A stretch of 64,000 nt of DNA from Planctomycetota bacterium (lineage in GTDB: Bacteria > Planctomycetota > PLA2 > JAEUHO01). This document shows, piece by piece, positions 9,838 through 20,399 of this stretch (its first letter is position 1; each line of letters begins with the position of its first letter). Location: positions 49,797 through 113,796 of the forward strand of contig JBFWRP010000013.1 in assembly GCA_050248855.1 (NCBI GenBank). The letters are read 5' to 3'. A program made the translations under genes and the position numbers. Under the pieces are notes generated by a model that ran no database searches, had not been told where the DNA came from, and saw only the letters and a program-made list of their open reading frames with translations.

Positions 9838-11028
9838 ATGCTGAGAACTGCCCTTTGCGGGCTCGCCTTGCTCGTTGCCGGGACCTGGAGTCCCGCGCGC
9901 GCCGACGACGAGGCGAAGCCGCTCGCGTTCGAGCTGAAAGACCCCGCCGGGAAGCCCTGGCGGCTCGAGGACCACCGCGGCAAGTGGGTCGTGCTCGAGT
10001 GGGTCAACTACGACTGCCCCTTCGTCAAGAAGCACTACGACGCCAGCCACCGGAACATGCAGACGCTGCAGAGCACGTACACCGCCAAGGGCGTTGTGTG
10101 GTTCTCGATCTGCTCCTCCGGCGAGGGCAAGAAGGGCTACCTCACGCCCGAGCAGGCCACGGAGCGCCTGAAGAGCGAGGGCGCCGCCCCCACGGCCCTG
10201 CTGCTCGATCCCGAGGGTGACGTCGGCCGGCTGCTCGGCGCCAAGGTCACGCCGGACGTGCGGATCATCGACCCCGAAGGCAAGGTCGCCTACGCAGGCG
10301 CCATCGACAGCCTGCGCGGCAAGGACCCCGCCGAAGTCAAGGACGCCACGAACTACGTCGCGACGTTCCTCGACGCGGTGCTGGCGGACCAGGGTCGGCC
10401 CTTCGCCTTCCACCCCCCCTACGGCTGAAGCGTCAAGTACGCACCCCGTGAGGGTGACGAGCCCAAGGTGGCTCCGCAGTTCACGCTGGCCGACTCCAAC
10501 GGCACCGAGCACAGCTTGGCCGACTTCAAGGGCAAGTGGGTCGTCCTGGAGTGGGTCAACTACGACTGCCCCTTCGTCAAGAAGCACTACGACGCCAGCC
10601 ACAAGAACATGCAGACGCTGCAGGGCACGTACACCGCCAAGGGCGTGGTGTGGCTCTCGATCTGCTCGTCGGGCGAAGGCAAGCAGGGCTACATGACCCA
10701 GGCAGACGCGGCGCGTCGCCTCGGCGAGCAGGGGGGCAAGCCCACGGCGCTGCTGCTCGATCCCCTGGGTGACGTGGGCCGCGCCTACGGCGCCAAGACC
10801 ACACCCGACATGCGGATCATCGACCCGCAAGGGCACATCGTGTACGCGGGTGCCATCGACAGCCTGCGTGGCAAGGACCCGGCCGAGGTGGCTGGGGCCA
10901 CGAACCACGTGGCCGAGGTGCTCGACGCCGTGCTGGCCGGCAAGCCCGTGCCCTACGCCGTCCAGCCCCCGTACGGCTGAGGCGTCAAGTACGCGTCCCG
11001 TGAGGACGCCACCGTCAGCGCCAAGTAG
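9838..11028 (+). CDS. Secreted tandem redoxin (AhpC/TSA, Prx-like) protein with two predicted selenocysteines (U197, U381; 396 aa)
   Basis: Signal peptide MLRTALCGLALLVAGTWSPARA. Two 184-codon repeats each carry WVVLEWVNYDCPFV and YAGAID. TGA 10426 and TGA 10978 read PYG-U-SVKY and PYG-U-GVKY. The two track ORFs are in the same frame, 13 codons apart. TAG at 11026-11028. Confidence 0.88.
10429..10459 (+). promoter_or_regulatory. SECIS-like hairpin 1
   Basis: CACCC-CGTGA-GGGTG (10442-10456). The loop starts 18 nt after the TGA and has G at its second position followed by T. Confidence 0.75.
10981..11010 (+). promoter_or_regulatory. SECIS-like hairpin 2
   Basis: GCGTCC-CGTGA-GGACGC (10993-11009). 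Same loop and same 18-nt spacing as hairpin 1, with compensatory stem substitutions. Confidence 0.78.
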
Positions 11029-11050
11029 CTGCGGCTACCGGCCCTACGCT

Positions 11051-11079
11051 GCGGGGAGGCCCATCGCGGGCCTCCCCGC
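11051..11079. terminator. Terminator-like hairpin between convergent redoxin and chrA genes
   Basis: GCGGGGAGGCCC-ATCGC-GGGCCTCCCCGC, a 12-bp perfect stem, followed by GTTCGTT. Confidence 0.7.
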
Positions 11080-11088
11080 GTTCGTTCG

Positions 11089-12453
11089 TCAGGTCCCGCG
11101 CGCCAGCAGGTACCAGGCGGCCCCGAGCAGCGTGCTTGCCCCCAGCGTGAGGAGCATGCCCCAACGCAGGCGGAACATCGCCACCTGGGCGCCGGCCGCG
11201 AGGACCAGTGCGGCGACGTCGAGCGTCGCGACGTCGGGGGCCAGCACGCGCAGCACCCCGACGCGGTGCTCGTGCACGACGCCGAACAGGGTGTGCAGCG
11301 CGAACCAGAGGGCCAGGTTGAGGATGACGCCCACGACGCAGGCCGTGATCGCGGACAAGGCGCCATCCAGGCCCGGCCGCCCGCGCAGGCGCTCGACGTA
11401 GGGGGCGCCGAGGAAGATCCAGAGGAAGCACGGGACGAAGGTGACCCAGGTGACGAGCACGGCGCCGATGGCGCCGGCCACGAGCGGCGAGAAGGTGCCG
11501 GGATCGCGGTAGGCCGCCATGAACCCGACGAACTGCACGACCTGGATCAGCGGACCCGGCGTGGTCTCCGCCATGCCGAGGCCGTCGAGCATCTCGCCGG
11601 GCTTCAGCCACCCGTAGGTCTCGACCGCACGCTGGGCCACGTACGCCAGCACGGCATAGGCGCCGCCGAAGGTGACCACGGCCGCCTTGCTGAAGAACAC
11701 GCCCTCCTGCACGAACACGTGCGCCGCGCCCAGCGTGACGCCCAGCACCAGCAGCGGCGCGAACCACAGCGCCAGGCAGACGAGCGCCACCCGTAGCGAA
11801 GACCCCAGGCGCACGCGCTCACCCGCCCGTGATGCCGCCGCCACGTCGGCAGCCGCAACCGGGATGGGCGCGGGCTTCACCGGGACGCTGCGGCGTCCGC
11901 GCACGAACCCGACCAGCGCCGCGGTCCCGACGATCGCGGGGAACGGAACGTCGAAGAGGTAGATCGCCACGAACGCCAAGCCCGCCAGCAGCACGTGGAA
12001 GCGGCCCTTGAGCGCGCGCCGACCGATGCGCAGCACCGCCTCCACGACCACGGCGAGCACGGCCGGCTTGATGCCGAAGAAGAGCGCTCCCACCACGGCC
12101 ACGTCCTGGTGCTCGGCGTAGAGGATGCTCAGCAGCAGGATCGAGACGAAGCCCGGCAGGATGAACAGCAGGCCCGCGACCAGCCCGCCGATCGTGCGAT
12201 GGAGCAGCCAGCCGATGTAGGTGGCCAGCTGCTGCGCCTCGGGGCCCGGTAGCAACATGCAGTAGTTGAGCGCGTGGAGGAAGCGCTCCTCCCCGATCCA
12301 CTTCTTCTCCTCGACCAGCAGGCGATGCATGACCGCGATCTGCCCGGCAGGTCCCCCGAAGCTGTGGATCGCCACGCGCACCCACACGCGAAGCGCCTCG
12401 CGAAAGGGAACGGCGGGCGCCTCGGGGTCTGCTGCCGCTTCGTGCGCTCCCAT
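11089..12453 (-). CDS. chrA: Chromate efflux transporter (long-chain CHR family)
   Basis: SFGGPAGQIAVMH, LPGPEAQQLA, TFGGAYAVL and ETTPGPLI are CHR signature motifs; many TM segments. Confidence 0.95.
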   Translation of the reverse strand: MGAHEAAADPEAPAVPFREALRVWVRVAIHSFGGPAGQIAVMHRLLVEEKKWIGEERFLHALNYCMLLPGPEAQQLATYIGWLLHRTIGGLVAGLLFILPGFVSILLLSILYAEHQDVAVVGALFFGIKPAVLAVVVEAVLRIGRRALKGRFHVLLAGLAFVAIYLFDVPFPAIVGTAALVGFVRGRRSVPVKPAPIPVAAADVAAASRAGERVRLGSSLRVALVCLALWFAPLLVLGVTLGAAHVFVQEGVFFSKAAVVTFGGAYAVLAYVAQRAVETYGWLKPGEMLDGLGMAETTPGPLIQVVQFVGFMAAYRDPGTFSPLVAGAIGAVLVTWVTFVPCFLWIFLGAPYVERLRGRPGLDGALSAITACVVGVILNLALWFALHTLFGVVHEHRVGVLRVLAPDVATLDVAALVLAAGAQVAMFRLRWGMLLTLGASTLLGAAWYLLARGT

Positions 12454-12512
12454 GCGGTGCCAGTGTGACCGCCCCCAGCCGCAGGGCGCCCACCGGGGCC
12501 CGCCGTACTTGC

Positions 12513-12541
12513 TTGCATCTTTATTTAGAATGATCTAAAGT
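12513..12541 (+). promoter_or_regulatory. sigma70-like promoter with overlapping ArsR-type operator
   Basis: TTGCAT-17 nt-TAAAGT ends 7 nt before ATG 12549. Inverted repeat TTTAGA-ATGA-TCTAAA at 12524-12539 lies in an AT-rich patch. Confidence 0.65.
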
Positions 12542-12548
12542 ATTGGCC

Positions 12549-12875
12549 ATGGTCGCCGCCAGCCCCCTGTCCGTCCTGGCTGCCCCGAGGCGCGAAGCCT
12601 TGGTCCAGGCGCTCTGGCCGGGCGAGCGCAGCGCCGGCGAGCTGCGCCGGGTGCTGCCCGACATCACGTTCGGCGCCGTGTCCCAGCACCTCGCTCGCCT
12701 GCGTGACGCGGGCTTGGTGCAGGTGCGCAAGGACGGCCGGCGGCGCCTGTACCGCGTCGACCGCGAGGCCTTCGGCCCGCTCGCCGCCGCCCTCGACCAG
12801 CTTTGGGCGCACCAGCTGGTGCGTCTCAAGTCCCTCGCCGAGCGCGAAGCCCGGCGACGCAAGGAGACACCGTGA
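12549..12875 (+). CDS. ArsR/SmtB family transcriptional regulator
   Basis: LAAPRREALV, GAVSQHLARLRDAGLV and GRRRLY form a winged HTH. Confidence 0.92.
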   Translation: MVAASPLSVLAAPRREALVQALWPGERSAGELRRVLPDITFGAVSQHLARLRDAGLVQVRKDGRRRLYRVDREAFGPLAAALDQLWAHQLVRLKSLAEREARRRKETP

Positions 12876-13693
12876 CCTCACCCACGCCCGGCTTCCGCAT
12901 CGAGCGGTCCATCGACATCGACGCCCCGCTCGACGTGGTGTTCGGCTTCGTCTCCGACCCGCGCCTGTTCGCCGCATGGTTCGGCGCCGGCTCCACGATC
13001 GATGCGAGCGTGGGGGGTGCGGTGGAGGTCGTGTTTCCCGGCGGCGCGCGCGCCGTGGGCGAGGTGCTGGCCGTGGAGGCGCCTCGCCACATCCGCTTCA
13101 CGTGGGGCTACCCGCGGGAGGACAGCCCCGTCGCACCGGGGGCGAGCACGGTGGACGTGCACTTGGACACGGTCGACGGGCTCACGCGCGTCACCCTGTC
13201 CCACGTGCTGCCGACGCAAGGCGCCGCCGAGGCGCACATCGGCGGCTGGGCGTACCACCTGGCGCGGCTCGCGGCCAAGGCGGCCCGGGAGCGGGCGCGT
13301 CGGACGACGCCAGCCGTGCTCGATGCCTGGTTCGCGGCGTGGTCCGCCGAAGGCGACGACGTGGCGGCGCACCTCGCGCGCGCCATGACCGAGCAGGCCA
13401 CCTACCGCGACGACGCCGTCCACGCGCCCGACCGCGCGGAGGTCGCCGCGCACATCGGTCGCTGTCACGCCCAGATGAAGGGCTCGCGCCTCGAGCGCGT
13501 CGGCGCCGTGCTCCACACGGGCGACCGCCTCGCGTGCCGTGCGCGGCTGGTCGGCAGCAGCGGCCCGCTCGGCCATGTCCTGCTGCAGCTACGCATCGGC
13601 GGCGACGGCCGCATCGTCGAGGCACACGGTCTCTTCGAGGAGCCCGTGCCCGGCGTCAGCGACGGGCCCCTCCTGGACGCCCCGTCGAGCTAG
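12872..13693 (+). CDS. SRPBCC/AHSA1 domain protein with C-terminal SnoaL/NTF2-like domain
   Basis: GTG follows AAGGAG and overlaps the arsR stop. IDIDAPLDVVF...WFG, FTWG and HIGGWAYHL; then WFAAWS...TYRD. Confidence 0.82.
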   Translation: MTSPTPGFRIERSIDIDAPLDVVFGFVSDPRLFAAWFGAGSTIDASVGGAVEVVFPGGARAVGEVLAVEAPRHIRFTWGYPREDSPVAPGASTVDVHLDTVDGLTRVTLSHVLPTQGAAEAHIGGWAYHLARLAAKAARERARRTTPAVLDAWFAAWSAEGDDVAAHLARAMTEQATYRDDAVHAPDRAEVAAHIGRCHAQMKGSRLERVGAVLHTGDRLACRARLVGSSGPLGHVLLQLRIGGDGRIVEAHGLFEEPVPGVSDGPLLDAPSS

Positions 13694-14061
13694 ACGTGCT
13701 GGTCGAGCAGGATCGGGTTGCCATCGGGGTCCTCGAGCACGAGATGCCCCGGGCCACTGGCGCTGTCGCCGACGGTCTTCACCAGCGGGATGCCCCGCTC
13801 CTGCAGCAGCCTCTCGATGTCGCGCACGTCCTGGAAGCCCTCGACCGTCTTGGCGTCGGCGTCCCAGCCCGGGTTGAACGTGAGCAGGTTCTTCTCGAAC
13901 ATCCCCTGGAACAGGCCGATGCGCGCGTTGCCGTTGCGCAGGATGAGCCACCCTTGGTCCTGATCACCGCCCATGGTCGTGAAGCCAAGCGCCTCGTAGA
14001 AGGCGCGACTGGCGGCGATGTCCTTCACGGCCAAGTTGACGGAGAATGCGCCCAGGTCCAC
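13690..14061 (-). CDS. VOC/glyoxalase family protein
   Basis: LAVKDIAASRAFYEALGF and EDPDGNPILLDQH. GAGGAG RBS. Confidence 0.92.
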   Translation of the reverse strand: MDLGAFSVNLAVKDIAASRAFYEALGFTTMGGDQDQGWLILRNGNARIGLFQGMFEKNLLTFNPGWDADAKTVEGFQDVRDIERLLQERGIPLVKTVGDSASGPGHLVLEDPDGNPILLDQHV

Positions 14062-14147
14062 GGTGACTCCTCTCGCTGGTCGTGACGGTGCCCGCAGGGT
14101 ACCGGATGGGCGCCTCGCACGTCGGCAGGCCGGAGGAGCACCCCTGC

Positions 14148-14366
14148 ATGGACGAAGCTCGACCCCAACCGGGCCACCGCCGCATCACCTACGCCGCGCT
14201 GGGCTGCCTGGTTCTCGCCCTCGGTGGCTCGCTCCTGCCGTGGTGGGAGCTCGAAGAGGAACCCCGGATCCGCGGGGGGATGACGCGCGGCAGAACGTGG
14301 GAGGCGGCTTCGACTGAGCCGGGGAGGACAAGGAGGCGGGTAGATAGCCCCTACCTGCGCTCGTAG
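14148..14366 (+). CDS. Possible small or truncated membrane protein
   Basis: GGAGGAG RBS before ATG 14148. One TM segment (YAALGCLVLALGGSLLPWW), then sequence that does not look coding. Confidence 0.3.
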   Translation: MDEARPQPGHRRITYAALGCLVLALGGSLLPWWELEEEPRIRGGMTRGRTWEAASTEPGRTRRRVDSPYLRS

Positions 14367-15796
14367 ATCTGCCGAAGCGAAGCGAGCCACGACAGGGCGT
14401 TCGGGTCCTTGCCGCCCAGCTCCTCGTAGATGCACATCGAGCGGTAGGCGTCCTCCTCCTTGCCCAGCTGGGGGCCGAGGATGAGCGCGAACAGGAAGCG
14501 CGGGTCGGACTCCAGCGGTTGGAGCTTGATCAGGCGCTCGTACTCCTTGGCCGCACGGGAGTACTCCTTCGCGTCGTACAGCGCGCGGGCGTACGCGCCC
14601 TGGGCCTCCGCGCTCTCCGGGAACTTGCGCGTTGCCTCGCGGTACACGGCGATCGCACTCGAGAGCGAGTCGTCGGCACGGTAGGCGCTGCCCAGGCCCA
14701 AGCGGTAGGCCAGCTCCTCGCCATCCATCTGCAGCGCGCGCTTGTAGAGCCCAATGGCCCTCTTCGCGCGTCCCGACCGCTCGTAGCAGAGGCCCAGCAG
14801 GTAGGGCAGCCGCGCATCATGCACGTCCAACCGCTTGGCGCGTTCCAGCAGGTCGATCGCCAGCGGGTAGGCCTCGCGGTCCATGTGCAGGAGGGCGAGG
14901 CTCGTGAGCAAGCCGAAGTGCTCGGGATGCCGATCGATGCCCACGCGTAGTGCGAGCTCGGCGAGGTCGGCATGCTCGATCCGGCGAAGCGCCGCCGCGA
15001 TCGCGGCGATGCGGTCAGGGTCGTCGCGCGTGTTCTCGAGCGCCTTCTCGTAGGCGGTCTTGGCGTCCTCGACGCGTCCCAAGGCGCCTAGCACCATGCC
15101 GTGATGGAGATGAGCCAAGGGGCTCTCGGCATCGAGACGGAGGGTGGCCTCCGCCAGCTGCAAGGCCTCGGCGGCATCGCCACGCTCCAGGAGAAGTGGC
15201 ACCAGGGCGTACCGGCAGCCCAGGTGCGCGCGATCCAAGCGCAGGCCCGCGATGTAGGCCTGGATGGCGAGGTCATCCTGCTCGAGCCGGCGCGCAATCC
15301 AGCCCACGAAGGCTTGCTGGTCGGCGGAGGGGACGAGCTGGGCGGCGAAGCGTGCCGCCTCCAGCGCATCCTCGTTCTCGCCCACCTCGACGTGCAGGCG
15401 CGCCAAGGCATCCCAGCCGGCACCTACCTCGGCCGCACGCGTCACGGGCAGCCCCAGGCGCGTCTCGAGGAGCCTGCGCATCGCCTTGAGGCCGCTTCGG
15501 CCGCCCCGCACACGTGCTTGCAGGAACTGCGCGATGGCGTTCTCGGGGCACGCCGCAAGGAACCCGTCGTAGAGGGCCAGTACGTCGCGACGCGACAGCT
15601 CGGCGATGTGTGCGTCCTGCGCGCGAAGGAGCTGCCGGACGTCTTGCTCCTGCCAGCCGGCGTAAGGCGGATCGGCGGGCGCCGACTCGTCGACGCCCGT
15701 TGCCGCGGGCTCGTCGGCCCAGGCAGCACTCGGCGCGTGGACCATCACGAGGAAGGCAGCGAGGACGACGTGGTGCCAGCCGGCCCGAATCGTCAT
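14351..15796 (-). CDS. Secreted tetratricopeptide repeat protein
   Basis: Signal peptide ending AWA-DE and many canonical TPRs (AHLHHGMVLGALGRVEDAKTAYEKALE, YLLGLCYERSG). Confidence 0.9.
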   Translation of the reverse strand: MTIRAGWHHVVLAAFLVMVHAPSAAWADEPAATGVDESAPADPPYAGWQEQDVRQLLRAQDAHIAELSRRDVLALYDGFLAACPENAIAQFLQARVRGGRSGLKAMRRLLETRLGLPVTRAAEVGAGWDALARLHVEVGENEDALEAARFAAQLVPSADQQAFVGWIARRLEQDDLAIQAYIAGLRLDRAHLGCRYALVPLLLERGDAAEALQLAEATLRLDAESPLAHLHHGMVLGALGRVEDAKTAYEKALENTRDDPDRIAAIAAALRRIEHADLAELALRVGIDRHPEHFGLLTSLALLHMDREAYPLAIDLLERAKRLDVHDARLPYLLGLCYERSGRAKRAIGLYKRALQMDGEELAYRLGLGSAYRADDSLSSAIAVYREATRKFPESAEAQGAYARALYDAKEYSRAAKEYERLIKLQPLESDPRFLFALILGPQLGKEEDAYRSMCIYEELGGKDPNALSWLASLRQIYERR

Positions 15797-15854
15797 GCCT
15801 GCCTCCTCGTCGCTACCAGGGTGCGCGGCGCCCCGGTGGTGCGCAGCCTATGTC

Positions 15855-16598
15855 TCAGGCCTGCTCTTCGTCGTCGGCCGGCGGGGGAGGCAGGTCGTCG
15901 GGGTCGAAGCCCGGAGGCGGCGGAGGCGGCTCGCAGCCCGGCGGCGGCGGCGGGGGCGGCGGCAGCTCGTCGTCGTCCCGACCGCGCGGGGGAGGCGGCG
16001 GCGGGGGCGGGGGCGGCGGACCGTCACCCTCGCGACCACGGCCCTCGCCGGGCGGCGGCGGAGGCGGGGGCGGCGGAGGCGGAGGGCAGGCGCCCCCGCC
16101 GGCACCGCCGCCTTGGCCACCCTGCCCCTGGGCGATGAGCTGCGCGATCAGTCGGGCGATCGGGCCGGGGACGCCTCCGCCCGCGCGACGGCTGGGCGCG
16201 CCCGCGCCGCCGCCGTTGTTGCCATTCCCAGCGTTGCCGCTTCCCCCATTGCCGCTTCCCCCATTGCCGCTTCCCCCATTGCCGCTTCCCCCATTGCCAG
16301 TGCCACCCGCAGCGCCGCCGCCGTTACCGCGAGGCGGGGCACCCGGGGGCGGGCCGCCAGCACCCGGCGGCGGAGGAGGAGGCGGCGGCGGAGCGGCGCC
16401 CCCACCGGCGCCACCGCCACCACCGGCTGCACCGCCTCCACCCGCCGCGCCGCCTCGCGGAGCGGCAGACGCCTCGCTCGAGAAGCTGTCGGCGAGCGCC
16501 GGGAGGACGAACAGGACGGCGGCGACGACGCCCAGCATGAGTCCGAACCGGGGCGTGGACGGGCGCGCCGGCCAGGGGCAGGAGGGGAAAGTTCGCAT
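15855..16598 (-). CDS. Secreted Gly/Pro-rich low-complexity protein
   Basis: Signal-like LMLGVVAAVLFVLPALA-DS, polyproline tracts, GNGGS repeats and an acidic tail. GGGAG lies before ATG 16598, with a sigma54 promoter upstream. Confidence 0.7.
   Translation of the reverse strand: MRTFPSCPWPARPSTPRFGLMLGVVAAVLFVLPALADSFSSEASAAPRGGAAGGGGAAGGGGGAGGGAAPPPPPPPPPGAGGPPPGAPPRGNGGGAAGGTGNGGSGNGGSGNGGSGNGGSGNAGNGNNGGGAGAPSRRAGGGVPGPIARLIAQLIAQGQGGQGGGAGGGACPPPPPPPPPPPPGEGRGREGDGPPPPPPPPPPPRGRDDDELPPPPPPPPGCEPPPPPPGFDPDDLPPPPADDEEQA
16234..16298. repeat. 15-bp tandem repeat (about 4.3 copies) encoding GNGGS
   Basis: Exact units of TTGCCGCTTCCCCCA from 16234. Confidence 0.9.
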
Positions 16599-16641
16599 GG
16601 CGGGCTCCCGAGCCGTGAAGGGAGGGACGGTGGGCACCAAG

Positions 16642-16656
16642 GCAAGGTCCGTGCCG
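16642..16656 (-). promoter_or_regulatory. sigma54 -24/-12 promoter
   Basis: The minus strand reads CGGCACGGACCTTGC, matching YGGCAC-N5-TTGC with exact GG-N10-GC spacing. Confidence 0.75.
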
Positions 16657-16740
16657 CGATACGGAACGCATGGCCGAGGAGCCCCCGCGCCCGGCTTCCC
16701 GGGCTTGACCCGCGCAGCAGCCGCACGCGGGCGGGGCCGT

Positions 16741-16758
16741 GCGGCAATCCGTTGCCGC
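16741..16758. promoter_or_regulatory. Putative upstream activator site for the adjacent sigma54 activator
   Basis: Palindrome GCGGCAA-TCCG-TTGCCGC about 85-100 nt upstream of the -24 element. It could instead be a terminator hairpin. Confidence 0.55.
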
Positions 16759-16766
16759 AGCGACGG

Positions 16767-18114
<1,348 letters not shown>

Positions 18115-18125
<11 letters not shown>

Positions 18126-19734
18126 CGTCGGCCTTCCACACGCGTGCAGGAACCTCGATCACGGCGAGCGCACCTCCGAGGACGTCGGACCGCCCCAGCA
18201 CGAGCCGGCACCCTTGGTTCTCCAGCAGCCGGCGCGCCAGCGCCAGCCCCAGACCATGGCCGCCGGGTCGCAGCGTGAGTCCGGGCCGCCCCCGGCTGGC
18301 GAGAACCTCCTCGGGAAAGCCCGGGCCGGCATCGTGCACCTCGAGGCGCACGTCGCCCGCGTCCGTCGTGCACCAGCGCACCACGACGTCCGCTGTGCCT
18401 GCGGCCTGTCGTGCATTGCGGACGAGGTTGCGCACGGCCAGGTCGAAGCCGTACGTGTCGCCCAGGTGCAGCGCGAGCGGGGCGTCGCCGTCAGCCTCGA
18501 AGCGCGCTCCCAGCTCGTCGGCACATGCCGCGCAGGCCCGCTGCTCGTAGGGCACCAGCTGCCCCGCGGAGGCGGGTACGGCCATGCGCAGGTACGACTC
18601 GACCGACTCGCGCGCGCTCCCGAGGCGCTGCCGCATGCGCGCCACAGCCTGCTCCGTGCCTTCGTCGCCACGGACGCGAGAAAGCTCGAGCGCGATCGCG
18701 TTCAGGGGATTGCTGACCTCGTGGGCGAACAGCCCCGCCAGCGCCCCCATCTCCGCCAGGCGCCGCGCCGCGTCCAGGTCCTGTTCGCGCTGGCGGTCTG
18801 CCTGCAGGCGATCGCGCTCGGCCGCGCGCCGCGCTCGGGCCATGCGCCCGTAGACGAGCAAGCCCAATACGGTCGCCAGCGTCGCCAAGCCCGACCAGAG
18901 CAGCACGCGCTGGCGTTGTGCCGCGATGGAGGCCTCCAGCCCATCACGCGACAGCTCCACGACGACGCGCCCCGCACCCGGATCGGAGTCCGGCGAGCTG
19001 GCGGTGAAGACCTGCACGTGCTCGGCGGGCACGGGCGAGGGCACGCGGATCGTGTCGCCGTCGCGCCGTTCGAACGAGATCGCGTGGACATCGGGCACGT
19101 CGGCCAGTCGCTTCAGGACCGACGAAAGCCCAAGCTCGGTGTGGACCTGCTGCGCAGCGGCCTCCTCCGCACGCACGAGGACTGCGCTGCCGTCCGCCAG
19201 CCTCAGCGCCAGCCCCAAGCGCCCCCGTACGCCGAATGCATTGGGGCGGATGCCCTCCGCCAACGTGCTGCCCGGCTCGACGTCAAGTGCTTCGAACGTG
19301 GGAGCGGCGTGGTTCCACTCCTGGCGCCCGAGGTTGCCGAGATCCGCCTCGGATCCCCAGCCGAGCGGGGGCGGATGCACCACGCGCGCTACCTGCCGCC
19401 CTTCGGCATCCAGGAAGAAGATGCGTCCGACCTTCTCCTCGCGCGCGATGGACGCCAGGCGCATCCACAGGGGCTCGCGCAGCCCGGGCACCTCGCTGCC
19501 GATGCGCCGCGCCACGGCCAACAGCCGCGCGGCCTCGCGCTCTTCCACGAGGCGTAGCTGGCGGGCCCCCTCGACGACGGCCGACTCCACGACCGCCACC
19601 AGCGCCTCGCCGCGTCGCCTGAGCTCGCTCTCCGACGCGCCGGCGGCATCGTTCCACGATCGCCACGCCAGCGCCCCCACCGCCAAGAGCGGCAGGGCGA
19701 GCAGCCAGACTTCCGGCGCCGGTCGCCTTCCCAT
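18115..19734 (-). CDS. Membrane sensor histidine kinase
   Basis: Two TM segments, H-box FAHEVSNPL, N-box NLVRNA, DAGPGF and GHGLGL. Confidence 0.92.
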
Positions 19735-19883
19735 GAGCGCTCTCTATAGCACCGCGACTACGAGGACCGACAGGGTCCGAGGCGGACCAAGACTCGTCCC
19801 CGAAAGGGGCCTACCCGCGTGCCAACGGCAGCTGATGGACCCAAGGCGGTCTCCAACGGGCGAAGCCCGGGGAAGCCGCGCCG

Positions 19884-20399
19884 ATGGTGGTTGCGGCGTC
19901 AGGAGCGCTGTTCTCCCTGCTGCTGATCGTCGGTCCGCCCGTCCCCATGGACGACACCGTGTGGCTGGACATCGAGGGTCGGCTGCTCGAACCGGAGCGG
20001 GTCCCGGGTCCTGGGCCGATCTGCGTCTTCGCTGGGCACGCCCGAGCACCACTGCCCCTGCCTGCGACCTGTGTGGGCAGCGGCGTGCAGCAGCGAGCTG
20101 ACGGGACGATTGCGCTCGGCATCGGTGGTCTGCCCGAGGATCGGCACGGACACGTCGACAAGGACGGGACGTTCCGCGTCCGCGCGGGCTCCTCGCGGCT
20201 GCGGTGGATCGGAGCCTGGGGCCTGACCGCAGGGCGTAGGCTTTGCACCTCCGCGTGGCATCCGACCGACGTCGTGGACGAGATCGTCTTCCACCGCGGT
20301 GGCGCAGCTCCCTTGCGTGTTCCGCGGCCGGCCGGGACACGGGTGGCGGATGACGTCGGATACCCCTTGAAGGTTACGTGGCACCTGGGCGACCTATGA
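19884..20399 (+). CDS. Hypothetical exported protein; paralog of the C-terminal domain of 21532-22398
   Basis: N-terminal hydrophobic segment. Shares IEGxL, GIGG, KDGTF, WHPxxVVD and VTWxxGxL with 21532-22398. Confidence 0.65.
   Translation: MVVAASGALFSLLLIVGPPVPMDDTVWLDIEGRLLEPERVPGPGPICVFAGHARAPLPLPATCVGSGVQQRADGTIALGIGGLPEDRHGHVDKDGTFRVRAGSSRLRWIGAWGLTAGRRLCTSAWHPTDVVDEIVFHRGGAAPLRVPRPAGTRVADDVGYPLKVTWHLGDL

Noticed and set aside
10468..10980. Second redoxin as an independent gene with its own GTG start
   Set aside because: It is in frame with the upstream ORF across a TGA at a conserved Cys position, has no signal peptide and has no well-spaced RBS. A single Sec-containing CDS explains it better.
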